Shown piece by piece: positions 46,101 through 55,011 of a stretch of 64,000 bases of DNA. A program made the position numbers and the translations under genes. This DNA comes from an uncultured Bacteroidales bacterium (GTDB lineage: Bacteria > Bacteroidota > Bacteroidia > Bacteroidales > F082). The first letter of the stretch is position 1; each line of letters opens with the position of its first letter. Under the pieces are notes generated by a model. It had not been told where the DNA came from and searched no databases. It worked only from the letters and a program-made list of their open reading frames with translations. The stretch lies in the NCBI GenBank assembly GCA_946402445.1, contig CAMIWN010000008.1:11836-75835 (forward strand), read 5' to 3'.

Positions 46101-46844
46101 ATGAGAATCGAATATCTGGAGGAATTAGGTTCTACAAATGCTTATCTTCTTGAAAAAGAAGAGAATAAGCGTGTTGGATTAGTGGTCTGCGCTCGCATGC
46201 AGACGGCAGGAAAGGGGATGGGTACCAACGTTTGGGAGAGTGCTCCGGGGTTGAATTTAACCTTTAGCATGGGCTTCGACATGTCGTTTATGCGCGCTGA
46301 AGATCAGTTTCTGCTCTCACAAGCTGTGCCTTTGGGGTTGCTTGACGGGCTTGACATGCTGAAACTTAATGGTGAGGAGCCTTACCGCACCTTGTCGGTG
46401 AAATGGCCTAATGATCTATATTATGGCGACCGAAAACTATGTGGTATCCTTATCAATAGTAGTATTCATGGTATGATGATGGGGGCATCGGTAGTCGGTA
46501 TCGGTCTCAATGTCAACCAAATTGTTTTTCGGGATTGGCCTACACATCCTATCTCCTTGAAAGCGATTTTGGGTAAGGAGTTGGCGTTGGAGCCATTGCT
46601 GGAACACTTGGTGGCAACGGTGGAACAGAGGGTGTCTATGTTGAAAACCGATGAAGGCATCTCCAAAATCAAAGCGGATTACCTTCATCGGTTATATCGT
46701 TATCGCATCTGGGCAGACTATGAGGTGGACGGTCAGAAAGTGAAACGTTTCATCACTGGGATTGACGCTTTCGGTCGCCTAAAAACCCTCGACGAAACCG
46801 GAAATGAATACGTTTCCGACCTCAAAACCATCCGTTACCTCTAA
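46101..46844 (+). CDS. birA: Biotin--[acetyl-CoA-carboxylase] ligase (class I, no HTH)
   Basis: I place the start at MRIEYLEELGSTNAYL. Motifs QTAGKGMGTNVWES and KWPNDLYYGDRKLCGILIN are present. Confidence 0.8.
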   Translation: MRIEYLEELGSTNAYLLEKEENKRVGLVVCARMQTAGKGMGTNVWESAPGLNLTFSMGFDMSFMRAEDQFLLSQAVPLGLLDGLDMLKLNGEEPYRTLSVKWPNDLYYGDRKLCGILINSSIHGMMMGASVVGIGLNVNQIVFRDWPTHPISLKAILGKELALEPLLEHLVATVEQRVSMLKTDEGISKIKADYLHRLYRYRIWADYEVDGQKVKRFITGIDAFGRLKTLDETGNEYVSDLKTIRYL

Positions 46845-46856
46845 CCTCTCTCCTTC

Positions 46857-47501
46857 CTAAAATTTCTCCGACCAAGCCTGCGGGTCCTTGCGCCACTCGA
46901 GTAGCGACTGCTGGTCTTCTTCGCTGATGTATTTCTCCTCGATAGCCTTAAAGATAAGTGTCTCGTAGTTAGTTAGTGTGTGAAGGGTGCAGTTCTTGGC
47001 TTTGAAATTTTCTTCCGCGGCGGGGAGCTGGTAGGTGAAGATGGCCAGCATGCCTTTGACGTTGGCTCCGGCTTCGCGTAAGGCATCCACGGCAAGCAAA
47101 CTCGATTTGCCTGTTGACACCAGGTCCTCGATGACAATGACCGATTGTCCCGATTCGATGACACCTTCAATTTGGTTCTGCATCCCATGGGACTTCTTCT
47201 CGGAACGCACGTAGGCAAATGGAAGCCCAAGCTCTTGAGCCACCAAAGCACCTTGGGCGATGCCTCCCGTCGCCACACCAGCGATGGCATCGGGTTTTCC
47301 GTAATGCTGCATCAGCTGCTCCACAAACTGTTGACGGATGAAGGTCCTCACCATGGGATAGGAGAGGGTGACCCGGTTATCGCAATAGATGGGGCTGTGT
47401 AAGCCAGAAGCCCAGGTGAACGGCTGTTTCGGACTTAGTTTCACGGCCTTAATCTGCAAAAGATGCATGGCTAACATCAAAGCTGAATCGTCATATTTCA
47501 T
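46857..47501 (-). CDS. pyrE: Orotate phosphoribosyltransferase
   Basis: PRPP-binding motif VIVIEDLVSTGKS, plus FTWASGLHSPIYCDNR. Confidence 0.92.
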   Translation of the reverse strand: MKYDDSALMLAMHLLQIKAVKLSPKQPFTWASGLHSPIYCDNRVTLSYPMVRTFIRQQFVEQLMQHYGKPDAIAGVATGGIAQGALVAQELGLPFAYVRSEKKSHGMQNQIEGVIESGQSVIVIEDLVSTGKSSLLAVDALREAGANVKGMLAIFTYQLPAAEENFKAKNCTLHTLTNYETLIFKAIEEKYISEEDQQSLLEWRKDPQAWSEKF

Positions 47502-47509
47502 AAAATGTA

Positions 47510-47517
47510 TATTTTTG
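47510..47517 (+). promoter_or_regulatory. -7 box TATTTTTG for the NUDIX gene
   Basis: It lies inside the track ORF's first codons, which argues for the downstream start at 47550. Confidence 0.45.
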
Positions 47518-47549
47518 CGGTTGAATTCACTCCAAGTAATCTGCTACAA

Positions 47550-48191
47550 ATGTACAAGATTTTCTATGAACAACGCGCATTGATTTTTCCAAATATCGTG
47601 GAAAAAGAACTTATTTTGGATGCAACTTCCCAACAATTAGAGACATACGAGGTTGAAAAAATTCATAATTTTTTTCGTCAGTGGCTGGTGGCACCGCTTC
47701 AAGAAGATGTCGTTATCGACGGAATCAGTCCTGAATTGCTTTCGGCGGCGTTGTGCCGGACCTTTGTCATGGCACCTGCCGCTGGCGGGGTGGTGGTGGA
47801 CGAAAACCGCATCGCTGCGATTGAACGCAACGGCATCCCTGATCTCCCCAAAGGTCATGTCGAAGAAGGAGAGGACACCGCTACAGCGGCACTCCGTGAG
47901 GTGGAGGAGGAAACGGGACTCAAGGAGCTGAGTATCCTTCGCCCTTTGCCTTCCTCATGGCATTGCTATCTCTATGAGAATGAATGGCGACTGAAACAGA
48001 CCTCTTGGTTCTTGATGGCCACCGCCGACAGCTCCCATATAGAGCCGCAACGTGATGAGGGCATCAGCGAAGTGGTCTTCCTCGGACCAGAAGATTTGGA
48101 TTGGTTTCTGGAGAACACCTTCCGTTCTCTCGCCGATACCCTTGGCTCTTTTTTGCGCCAACAACTCAATAAAAACGATAACTTAACGTAA
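47550..48191 (+). CDS. NUDIX hydrolase
   Basis: Nudix box GHVEEGEDTATAALREVEEETGL. Confidence 0.8.
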   Translation: MYKIFYEQRALIFPNIVEKELILDATSQQLETYEVEKIHNFFRQWLVAPLQEDVVIDGISPELLSAALCRTFVMAPAAGGVVVDENRIAAIERNGIPDLPKGHVEEGEDTATAALREVEEETGLKELSILRPLPSSWHCYLYENEWRLKQTSWFLMATADSSHIEPQRDEGISEVVFLGPEDLDWFLENTFRSLADTLGSFLRQQLNKNDNLT

Positions 48192-48216
48192 ATAACAAAT
48201 TCAACAACGCATAAAC

Positions 48217-48693
48217 ATGAAAAGAATCGCTGTCTTCCCGGGGTCGTTCGACCCGATCACATTAGGCCATCGCTCCATCGTCCTTCGAGCCTTGCCTATG
48301 TTTGATGTCATCTACGTAGCCGTGGGTGTCAATATGGAGAAACGTTCCACCTTCCCGCTGGAAAACCGCATCGAATGGTGCAAGGCTGTTTTTGCCGACT
48401 ATCCCAATGTGATGGTGGAGAGCTATGACGGCCTCACCGCCGACTTCTGTAAAAAGGTAGGGGCGCGTTTCATTATCCGTGGCCTCCGTAGTGGCTCTGA
48501 CTTCGAGTATGAGAATATGATTTGTCATGCCAACAAACGTTTGCATCCTGAACTTGAGACGGTCTTCCTCCTCACTGAGAGCGAACTGGTGGGTGTCAGC
48601 TCCAGCGTAGTGCGCGACATCTTCAAAAACGGTGGCGACACCTCTAAGTTCGTGCCAGAAGAAGTCGATTTGGAAGCGTTGAAGAAGAAATAA
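48217..48693 (+). CDS. coaD: Phosphopantetheine adenylyltransferase
   Basis: AVFPGSFDPITLGH (T/HxGH motif). 158 aa. Confidence 0.93.
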   Translation: MKRIAVFPGSFDPITLGHRSIVLRALPMFDVIYVAVGVNMEKRSTFPLENRIEWCKAVFADYPNVMVESYDGLTADFCKKVGARFIIRGLRSGSDFEYENMICHANKRLHPELETVFLLTESELVGVSSSVVRDIFKNGGDTSKFVPEEVDLEALKKK

Positions 48694-48709
48694 ACAGCAT
48701 GATTTTGAA

Positions 48710-48771
48710 CATCGAAAAACACGAAAAACACGAAAACCATTAATTTTTCGTTTATTTCGTGTTTTTCGATG
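48710..48771 (+). terminator. Long compound hairpin after coaD
   Basis: Perfect 17-bp arms CATCGAAAAACACGAAA (48710-48726) and TTTCGTGTTTTTCGATG (48755-48771). An inner 6-bp CGAAAA/TTTTCG stem is present. A T-rich tract follows. Confidence 0.7.
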
Positions 48772-48798
48772 TTTTTATTCTTTTTCGATGTTTTTATT
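48762..48798 (+). repeat. Tandem 18-nt direct repeat TTTTTCGATGTTTTTATT x2 (period 19)
   Basis: The copies at 48762-48779 and 48781-48798 are identical. The first copy overlaps the 3' arm of the hairpin. Confidence 0.8.
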
Positions 48799-48807
48799 GA
48801 ATCTGAT

Positions 48808-50169
48808 ATGAAGAAAACTGGATTATTGATAGTTGTATTGTTGGCTTGTCTTGTAGGGTTTGCGAGCAACGTCACGGTCTCGGGTCGTGTCAACCGGACT
48901 CATGCTTTGGTGCGGCTCATAGTTTGTGATGACCTGTTGATGGGCCATGAAACGGAAATCGCGCAATGTACCTCTGACAATCAAGGTTTTTTCTTGTTGG
49001 AAGGTGAGGTTGACCAAACCCTTCCCGCACGTCTTGTGGTAGGACTCGAAGGCGTTGACCTTTTTGTGCGCCCTGGAGCGGCATACGAGGTCAGCATCAC
49101 TATCCCTGAAGCGGACCCTTCGCTTTCCTATTTCGAGCGACCTGCCCCTGCCCTTCGCGTTAAAACGGCCTCCGACCAAGGTATCTATCGCCAGATTATC
49201 ATCTCGGAACAAATCATCAACAGCTATGTGCTCGAGTATTTCGACCAGCTGTACCGTCGTCGGCAGTACCGTTATATTGACTCTATCAAGGAAACGATTC
49301 GTACGGAGCTGGATATTCACGACGACTATGTGATACAACAAAACACCTATAAAATTGCTTCCATCCAGATGGCGGTTAACGCTGACGGTGGCAAGAAAGT
49401 GATTGGAGAGCTTTTTGATGGCAAACCTGTCCTTTATCACTGTCCTGCTTACATGGATTTGTTTAAAGACTTGTTTTCCAATTGGTTCTATCGTCCCACT
49501 TACGACCTCGACGCTTTTCAAGAGTCCTTCCGTACCAGTACAGATTCCTTCAAACAAGTGGTCTTTGCCGACCCTTTCATGAGTCGTAACCCGCAGTTGG
49601 CGGAGTTGATCCTGCTTTATAATCTTCGTACCATGTACTATGAGCAACCCAAGACGCGCAAGGCGGTTCGGATACACCTATCTGCCATTCGCGACAAGAG
49701 CCGTTATTCCGAGACGAAAGTCATGGTTGGCCATATCTTGGCTGAGTTCGACCGTTTCGCCACGGGAGCCCCGGCACCTGACTTTGAGCTTCTGTCTGTC
49801 ACTGGAGAAATGGTGAAGCTTTCTGATTATAAGGATCAGATGGTCGTCTTGCAGTTTGTAGAGGGTAGCTCGGCTACAGTGGATCACCAGTTCGAGGACT
49901 TGGCCGACCTGCATCACCAGTGGCAGGACAGCGTGCAGCTCATCACCATCACCACTAAAGACCAACTGGAACAGCATAAAAAACGTTTTGAGGATCATCA
50001 TTACAACTGGCCACTTTTGAATCTCGGTAACGACATCCTTCTTTTGGAACGTTACGAGGTGCGAACCTTTCCTGAATACTTCATCATTTTGCCTGGCACC
50101 AAGATTGGCCTGGCACCAGCCTCAGAAAAGACGTTGGGGGAGAATGTCACCAAACTGCTGAAGGAATAA
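48808..50169 (+). CDS. Secreted TlpA/AhpC-like thioredoxin-fold protein lacking the CxxC motif
   Basis: I place the start at MKKTGLLIVVLLACLVGFA (signal peptide). The C-terminal domain APAPDFELLSVTGEMVKLSDYKDQMVVLQFVEGSSATVDHQF aligns with TlpA-like proteins, but has VEGSSATV where WASWCGPC is expected. Confidence 0.6.
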   Translation: MKKTGLLIVVLLACLVGFASNVTVSGRVNRTHALVRLIVCDDLLMGHETEIAQCTSDNQGFFLLEGEVDQTLPARLVVGLEGVDLFVRPGAAYEVSITIPEADPSLSYFERPAPALRVKTASDQGIYRQIIISEQIINSYVLEYFDQLYRRRQYRYIDSIKETIRTELDIHDDYVIQQNTYKIASIQMAVNADGGKKVIGELFDGKPVLYHCPAYMDLFKDLFSNWFYRPTYDLDAFQESFRTSTDSFKQVVFADPFMSRNPQLAELILLYNLRTMYYEQPKTRKAVRIHLSAIRDKSRYSETKVMVGHILAEFDRFATGAPAPDFELLSVTGEMVKLSDYKDQMVVLQFVEGSSATVDHQFEDLADLHHQWQDSVQLITITTKDQLEQHKKRFEDHHYNWPLLNLGNDILLLERYEVRTFPEYFIILPGTKIGLAPASEKTLGENVTKLLKE

Positions 50170-50268
50170 CTTTAGCGGGAACGATGTGAGAGCTTTTCTC
50201 ATTCAATCGATGTCTGGTTGTTTTTTATGACTTTTTGACATATTTTTCTGTATTTCACAGAAATTCCC

Positions 50269-50276
50269 TACCTTTG
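50269..50276 (+). promoter_or_regulatory. -7 box TACCTTTG for secA
   Basis: Lies 62 nt upstream of ATG 50338. Confidence 0.5.
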
Positions 50277-50337
50277 CACGATTTTTGCCTAAAGCGCAAA
50301 CTTCTAATTTCTTTTAAATTCAAAATTCTAAAAAAAG

Positions 50338-53300
50338 ATGGGTTTTCTGAAAAAACTATTCGGCGACAAGGCTTCCCGCGATAACAAAGCCTTGCAGCCC
50401 ATACTTCAAAAAACACTCCAAGCTTATCAGGAGATTGTAAAACTCGACATCGACAGCATCCGTCACAAGACTGTCGAATTCAAAGAATATATCAAAAACA
50501 AAACTGCTTCAGAGGTTGCCGAGATTGAGGCTTTGAAAGCTCGTGTGGATGCCAATCCTGATATGGACCCCGACGAAAAAGAAAAGGTCTATACCGAGGT
50601 TGATAAACTCGAGAAACGCGAGCTGGAGAAGATTGAGGAGGCACTGAACGAGATTTTGCCCCAGGCCTTCGCAGTGGTGAAAGCCGCAGCGAAATATTTC
50701 TGTGAGCATGAGACCGTGGTGGTGAAAGCTACCGACCTCGACCGTGACCTTGCAGCCAAATATGAACACGTCACCATCGAAGGCGACAAAGCTTACTTCA
50801 GGAATAGCTGGATGGCCGGTGGCAACATGGTGACCTGGGATATGGTGCACTATGACTGTCAGATTATCGGTGGTATCGTCTTGCATCAAGGCAAGATCGC
50901 CGAGATGGCCACTGGTGAAGGTAAGACCCTCGTGGCTACCTTGCCAGTCTATCTTAACGCTTTGGCAGGCAAGGGCGTGCATGTAGTCACCGTCAACGAC
51001 TACTTGGCCAAACGTGACTCCGAGTGGATGGGCGCCATGTATGAGTTCCTCGGCCTTACCGTTGATTGCATCGACAAACATGAGCCTAACTCTGCCGCTC
51101 GTCGCCGTGCTTATATGTGTGACATCACCTACGGCACCAACAACGAGTTTGGTTTCGACTACCTCCGTGACAATATGACAGGAAGCCCCGATGAGCTGGT
51201 GCAACGCAAACACCACTACGCCATCGTCGATGAGGTTGACTCCGTGTTGATTGATGACGCCCGTACCCCGTTGATCATCAGCGGTCCCACCCCGCGTGGC
51301 GACCTTCAGGAGTTCGACCAGCTGAAACCCGATGTCGTCAAGCTGTACGAAGCCCAAAAACGGCTCGTCACCACCATCCTCGCCGAGGCCAAGTCTATCC
51401 TCACCAATCCAGCCTCCACCGAGGAGCAGAAACGTCATGGCGCGGACCTCTTGTTCCGCTCCTATCGTGGTCTTCCCAAAAACAACGCCTTGATTAAATT
51501 CCTCAGCGAGGAAGGCATGAAAACCCTCCTTCAAAAGACGGAAGGTTTCTATATGCAGAACCGTGGCGAGAACATGCACCTCATCGATGATGAGCTGTAT
51601 TTCGTCATCGACGAGAAACTCAACACCGTTGACCTTACCGAGAAAGGTATCGATGCCCTCTGCTCCGCTTATAACAACCCCGACTTCTTCGTGATGCCTG
51701 ACGTGGGTGCCGAGATTGCCGAGTTGGAACACCAGAACCTCAGCAACGATGAGAAGGTGCTGCGCAAGGCAGAGCTGATGCGTAACTTCTCCGAGAAGTC
51801 AGAGCGTCTGCATACCGTGCGTCAGCTGCTCAAGGCATACACCCTCTTCGAGAAAGACAAAGACTATATCATCCAAGATAACAAAGTCAAGATTGTGGAT
51901 GAACAGACCGGTCGTGTCATGGAAGGTCGTCGTTGGAGCGACGGTTTGCATCAGGCTGTGGAAGCCAAGGAAAACGTCAAGGTGGAAGCCGCCACTCAGA
52001 CCTACGCCACCATCACCTTGCAGAACTACTTCCGTATGTATCACAAACTGGCTGGTATGACCGGTACCGCTGAGACTGAAGCGGGCGAGTTCTGGGACAT
52101 CTATAAACTCGATGTGGTGGTCATCCCCACCAACAAGCCGATTGCTCGTATCGACCAAGAGGATATGATTTATAAGACCAAACGCGAGAAGTACAACGCT
52201 GTCATCGAAGAGATTCAGGCGTTGGTTGCTGCTGGTCGTCCGGTGTTGGTGGGTACTACCTCGGTGGAGATTTCTGAGTTGCTGAGCCGTATGCTGACCC
52301 GCAAGGGCATCCCGCATAACGTGTTGAATGCCAAGCTGCACTTCAAGGAGGCTCAGATTGTCCGTGAGGCTGGCCAGGCGGGTACGGTCACCATCGCTAC
52401 CAACATGGCAGGCCGTGGTACCGACATTAAGCTGGGACCTGGCGTGAAGGAAGCCGGCGGTCTCGCCATCATCGGTACCGAACGTCACGAGAGCCGTCGT
52501 GTGGACCGTCAGTTGCGTGGCCGTTCCGGTCGTCAAGGCGACCCGGGTAGCTCCCAGTTCTATGTCTCTCTTGAAGATGACCTCATGCGTATGTTCGGCT
52601 CTGAGCGTATCGCACCGCTCATGGACCGTATGGGTCTTAAAGAAGGTGAGGTGATTCAACATCCTATGATCACCAAACAGATTGAAAAGGCGCAAAAGAA
52701 GGTCGAAGAGAACCACTTCGGCGTCCGTAAACACTTGCTGGAATACGACGACGTGATGAACTCGCAACGTACGGTGATTTACAGCAAACGTCACCATGCA
52801 CTCTTTGGCGAGCGTCTCTCTATTGACATCAACAACATGATGTATGACCTTGGTGAGAAACTCCTCAACGATGCCCGCGATGTCAAAGACTATGAAGGCC
52901 TTAAGATGTCGTTGCTCTCTACCATGGGTATCGATGTTCCGTTTAGCGAGGAAGAGTTCGAAAGGGGTAGAACCGATGCCTTGGCGGATAAGATTTTCGA
53001 TGCTGCTTTGGAACACTACCGTGAGAAGTCGCGTATCATTGGTGAGAAGACCATGCCGGTGATCAAGAACGTGTATGAAAGCCAGAACCACTTCGAGAAT
53101 ATCGCCATCCCGATTACCGATGGACGACATGGCATGAATGTCATTGTCAACCTCAAAAAGGCGGTGGAAAACGGTGCCCGTGAGGTGAGCCTCTGCATTG
53201 AGAAGAGTATCACTTTAGGACTTATCGACAACGCTTGGAAGGAACATCTTCGTGAATTGGACGACTTGAAGGAATCGGTGCAGAACGCCACTTACGAGCA

Positions 53301-53637
53301 GAAGGACCCGCTGGTGATTTATAAACTGGAATCTTTCAACCTGTTCAGTGCCATGATCGAGAAGATTAACGAGGAAGTTATCTCCTTCTTGATGCGTGCC
53401 GACATCCCGGTTCAAGATCCTGATACCGTTCGTGAACACCGTGCCCGTGCCGTTGACCGCTCGCAGGTGAGGGAACAACGTAACGACTTGCTGTCACAAG
53501 CCCATAGCAACACCCAGCAAAAAGAGGTGACCCAACCGATTCGTGTGGAGAAGAAAGTGGGTCGTAACGATCCATGTCCTTGTGGCTCAGGCAAGAAATA
53601 CAAGAACTGTCACGGCAGACTGGAAGCAGAAAACTAA
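50338..53637 (+). CDS. secA: Preprotein translocase ATPase SecA
   Basis: 1099 aa. Motifs [14 protein letters not shown] and [19 protein letters not shown], plus the C-terminal zinc motif [14 protein letters not shown]. Confidence 0.98.
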   Translation: MGFLKKLFGDKASRDNKALQPILQKTLQAYQEIVKLDIDSIRHKTVEFKEYIKNKTASEVAEIEALKARVDANPDMDPDEKEKVYTEVDKLEKRELEKIEEALNEILPQAFAVVKAAAKYFCEHETVVVKATDLDRDLAAKYEHVTIEGDKAYFRNSWMAGGNMVTWDMVHYDCQIIGGIVLHQGKIAEMATGEGKTLVATLPVYLNALAGKGVHVVTVNDYLAKRDSEWMGAMYEFLGLTVDCIDKHEPNSAARRRAYMCDITYGTNNEFGFDYLRDNMTGSPDELVQRKHHYAIVDEVDSVLIDDARTPLIISGPTPRGDLQEFDQLKPDVVKLYEAQKRLVTTILAEAKSILTNPASTEEQKRHGADLLFRSYRGLPKNNALIKFLSEEGMKTLLQKTEGFYMQNRGENMHLIDDELYFVIDEKLNTVDLTEKGIDALCSAYNNPDFFVMPDVGAEIAELEHQNLSNDEKVLRKAELMRNFSEKSERLHTVRQLLKAYTLFEKDKDYIIQDNKVKIVDEQTGRVMEGRRWSDGLHQAVEAKENVKVEAATQTYATITLQNYFRMYHKLAGMTGTAETEAGEFWDIYKLDVVVIPTNKPIARIDQEDMIYKTKREKYNAVIEEIQALVAAGRPVLVGTTSVEISELLSRMLTRKGIPHNVLNAKLHFKEAQIVREAGQAGTVTIATNMAGRGTDIKLGPGVKEAGGLAIIGTERHESRRVDRQLRGRSGRQGDPGSSQFYVSLEDDLMRMFGSERIAPLMDRMGLKEGEVIQHPMITKQIEKAQKKVEENHFGVRKHLLEYDDVMNSQRTVIYSKRHHALFGERLSIDINNMMYDLGEKLLNDARDVKDYEGLKMSLLSTMGIDVPFSEEEFERGRTDALADKIFDAALEHYREKSRIIGEKTMPVIKNVYESQNHFENIAIPITDGRHGMNVIVNLKKAVENGAREVSLCIEKSITLGLIDNAWKEHLRELDDLKESVQNATYEQKDPLVIYKLESFNLFSAMIEKINEEVISFLMRADIPVQDPDTVREHRARAVDRSQVREQRNDLLSQAHSNTQQKEVTQPIRVEKKVGRNDPCPCGSGKKYKNCHGRLEAEN

Positions 53638-53642
53638 TTTAG

Positions 53643-53702
53643 AATTTAGAATTTAGAATTTAGAGGGAGCGTCAAATCCCTCTAAATTCTAAATTCTAAA
53701 TT
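53643..53702. terminator. Perfect 26-bp palindrome built from TTTAGAA heptamers (bidirectional terminator, secA/pepT)
   Basis: AATTTAGAATTTAGAATTTAGAGGGA (53643-53668), loop GCGTCAAA, then TCCCTCTAAATTCTAAATTCTAAATT (53677-53702). It fills the 70-nt convergent gap. Confidence 0.85.
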
Positions 53703-53707
53703 CCATA

Positions 53708-54925
53708 TTACTCACAGAAAAGTTTCACGATATTGAGGATGACCTCAGAGGCTTTCTCCATGCTTTCGAGTGGCACATATTCCAGTTTTCCATGGAAGTT
53801 GTGTCCGCCAGCGAAGATATTGGGGCAGGGCAGACCCATAAATGACAAGTTAGCGCCGTCGGTGCCGCCGCGGATGGGCTGTACCTTGGGTTTGATGCCT
53901 GCCATCTCCATGGCTTTGATGGCTCTTTCCACGATGAAGAAGTGAGGTTCAACCTCTTGCCGCATATTATAATATTGGTGTTTGAGCTCCAAGGTCACCA
54001 CGTTGCCGTATTTTTTGTTCAAGAACTCGGTGACAGCCGTCATCAAAGCTTTCTTTTCCTCAAATTTAGCACGGTCATGGTCTCGAATGATGTATGACAT
54101 GGTTGTTTCCTCAACGGTTCCGTTGATTCCAATAAGATGGAAGAAGCCCTCGTAGCCTTGGGTGTAACGAGGACGTTGCTCCACGGGTAGCATCGCGTCG
54201 AGTTCCATGGCGATGAGCATGGAGTTCACCATCTTGTCTTTGCCATAGCCGGGATGAATGTTGCTGCCTTGGATGTGTATTTTGGCACCTGCGGCATTGA
54301 AGTTTTCATATTCTAACTCTCCGATTTCACCTCCGTCCATGGTGTAGGCGTATTTGGCCCCGAATTTCTTGACGTCGAACTTAGCCACACCACGTCCAAT
54401 CTCCTCGTCAGGCGTGAATCCGATTTTGATTTCTCCATGTTTGAACTCAGGATGTTCCATCATATACTGGGCGGCATACATAATCTCCGCTACACCAGCT
54501 TTGTCGTCGGCACCCAACAGGGTTGTTCCGTCGGTGGTGATCATCGTCTGGCCTTGATATTGTTTCATCTCTGGGAATTCAGTGGTGCGCAGCACGATGT
54601 TTTTCTCTTTGTTGAGCACGATGTCCTCGCCGTTCCAGTTGGGGATGATTTGTGGTTTGATATCCTTACCCGAAGCGTCGGGAGCGGTATCTACATGGGC
54701 GATGAAACCGACCGCCGGAATGTCTTTGTCGATGTTAGCAGGGATGGTGGCCATCACATAACCGTATTCATCTAACTCAGCATGAATCCCCATCTGCTGT
54801 AGTTCATCACGTAACATGCGGAGCAGGTCGAACTCGCGTTGGGCACTGGGTTGAGTCTCTGAGTTCTCATCTGAGGTTGTCTCCACAGCAACATACCTCA
54901 GGAATTTATCTAATAACTTCTCCAT
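53708..54925 (-). CDS. pepT: Peptidase T (tripeptide aminopeptidase, M20B)
   Basis: MEKLLDKFLRYVAVETTSDE..., HVDTAPD and GADDKAGVAEIM. Confidence 0.92.
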   Translation of the reverse strand: MEKLLDKFLRYVAVETTSDENSETQPSAQREFDLLRMLRDELQQMGIHAELDEYGYVMATIPANIDKDIPAVGFIAHVDTAPDASGKDIKPQIIPNWNGEDIVLNKEKNIVLRTTEFPEMKQYQGQTMITTDGTTLLGADDKAGVAEIMYAAQYMMEHPEFKHGEIKIGFTPDEEIGRGVAKFDVKKFGAKYAYTMDGGEIGELEYENFNAAGAKIHIQGSNIHPGYGKDKMVNSMLIAMELDAMLPVEQRPRYTQGYEGFFHLIGINGTVEETTMSYIIRDHDRAKFEEKKALMTAVTEFLNKKYGNVVTLELKHQYYNMRQEVEPHFFIVERAIKAMEMAGIKPKVQPIRGGTDGANLSFMGLPCPNIFAGGHNFHGKLEYVPLESMEKASEVILNIVKLFCE

Positions 54926-55011
54926 AATAATTTAACTATTTATTATTTAACTGTTTATTATTTATTTATTTAATTGTTAACCTTGATTTTTTACCTCTAA
55001 CTTTTCACCCT

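Noticed and set aside
53637-53705. Possible CRISPR array or minisatellite, suggested by the regular short repeats (also at 6446-6479 and 12150-12183).
   Set aside because: The period is 7 nt with no spacers, each array spans under 35 nt, and there are no cas genes. It is not CRISPR. It is reported instead as a heptamer repeat/terminator family.
54926-55011. AT-rich spacer with near-tandem 15-mers (ATTTAACTATTTATT / ATTTAACTGTTTATT) upstream of pepT.
   Set aside because: It is low-complexity A/T sequence with only two imperfect copies, and no -7 box on the pepT strand. Most simply, it is an intercistronic spacer of a PHP-GT39-pepT transcription unit. Not enough signal to call a feature.
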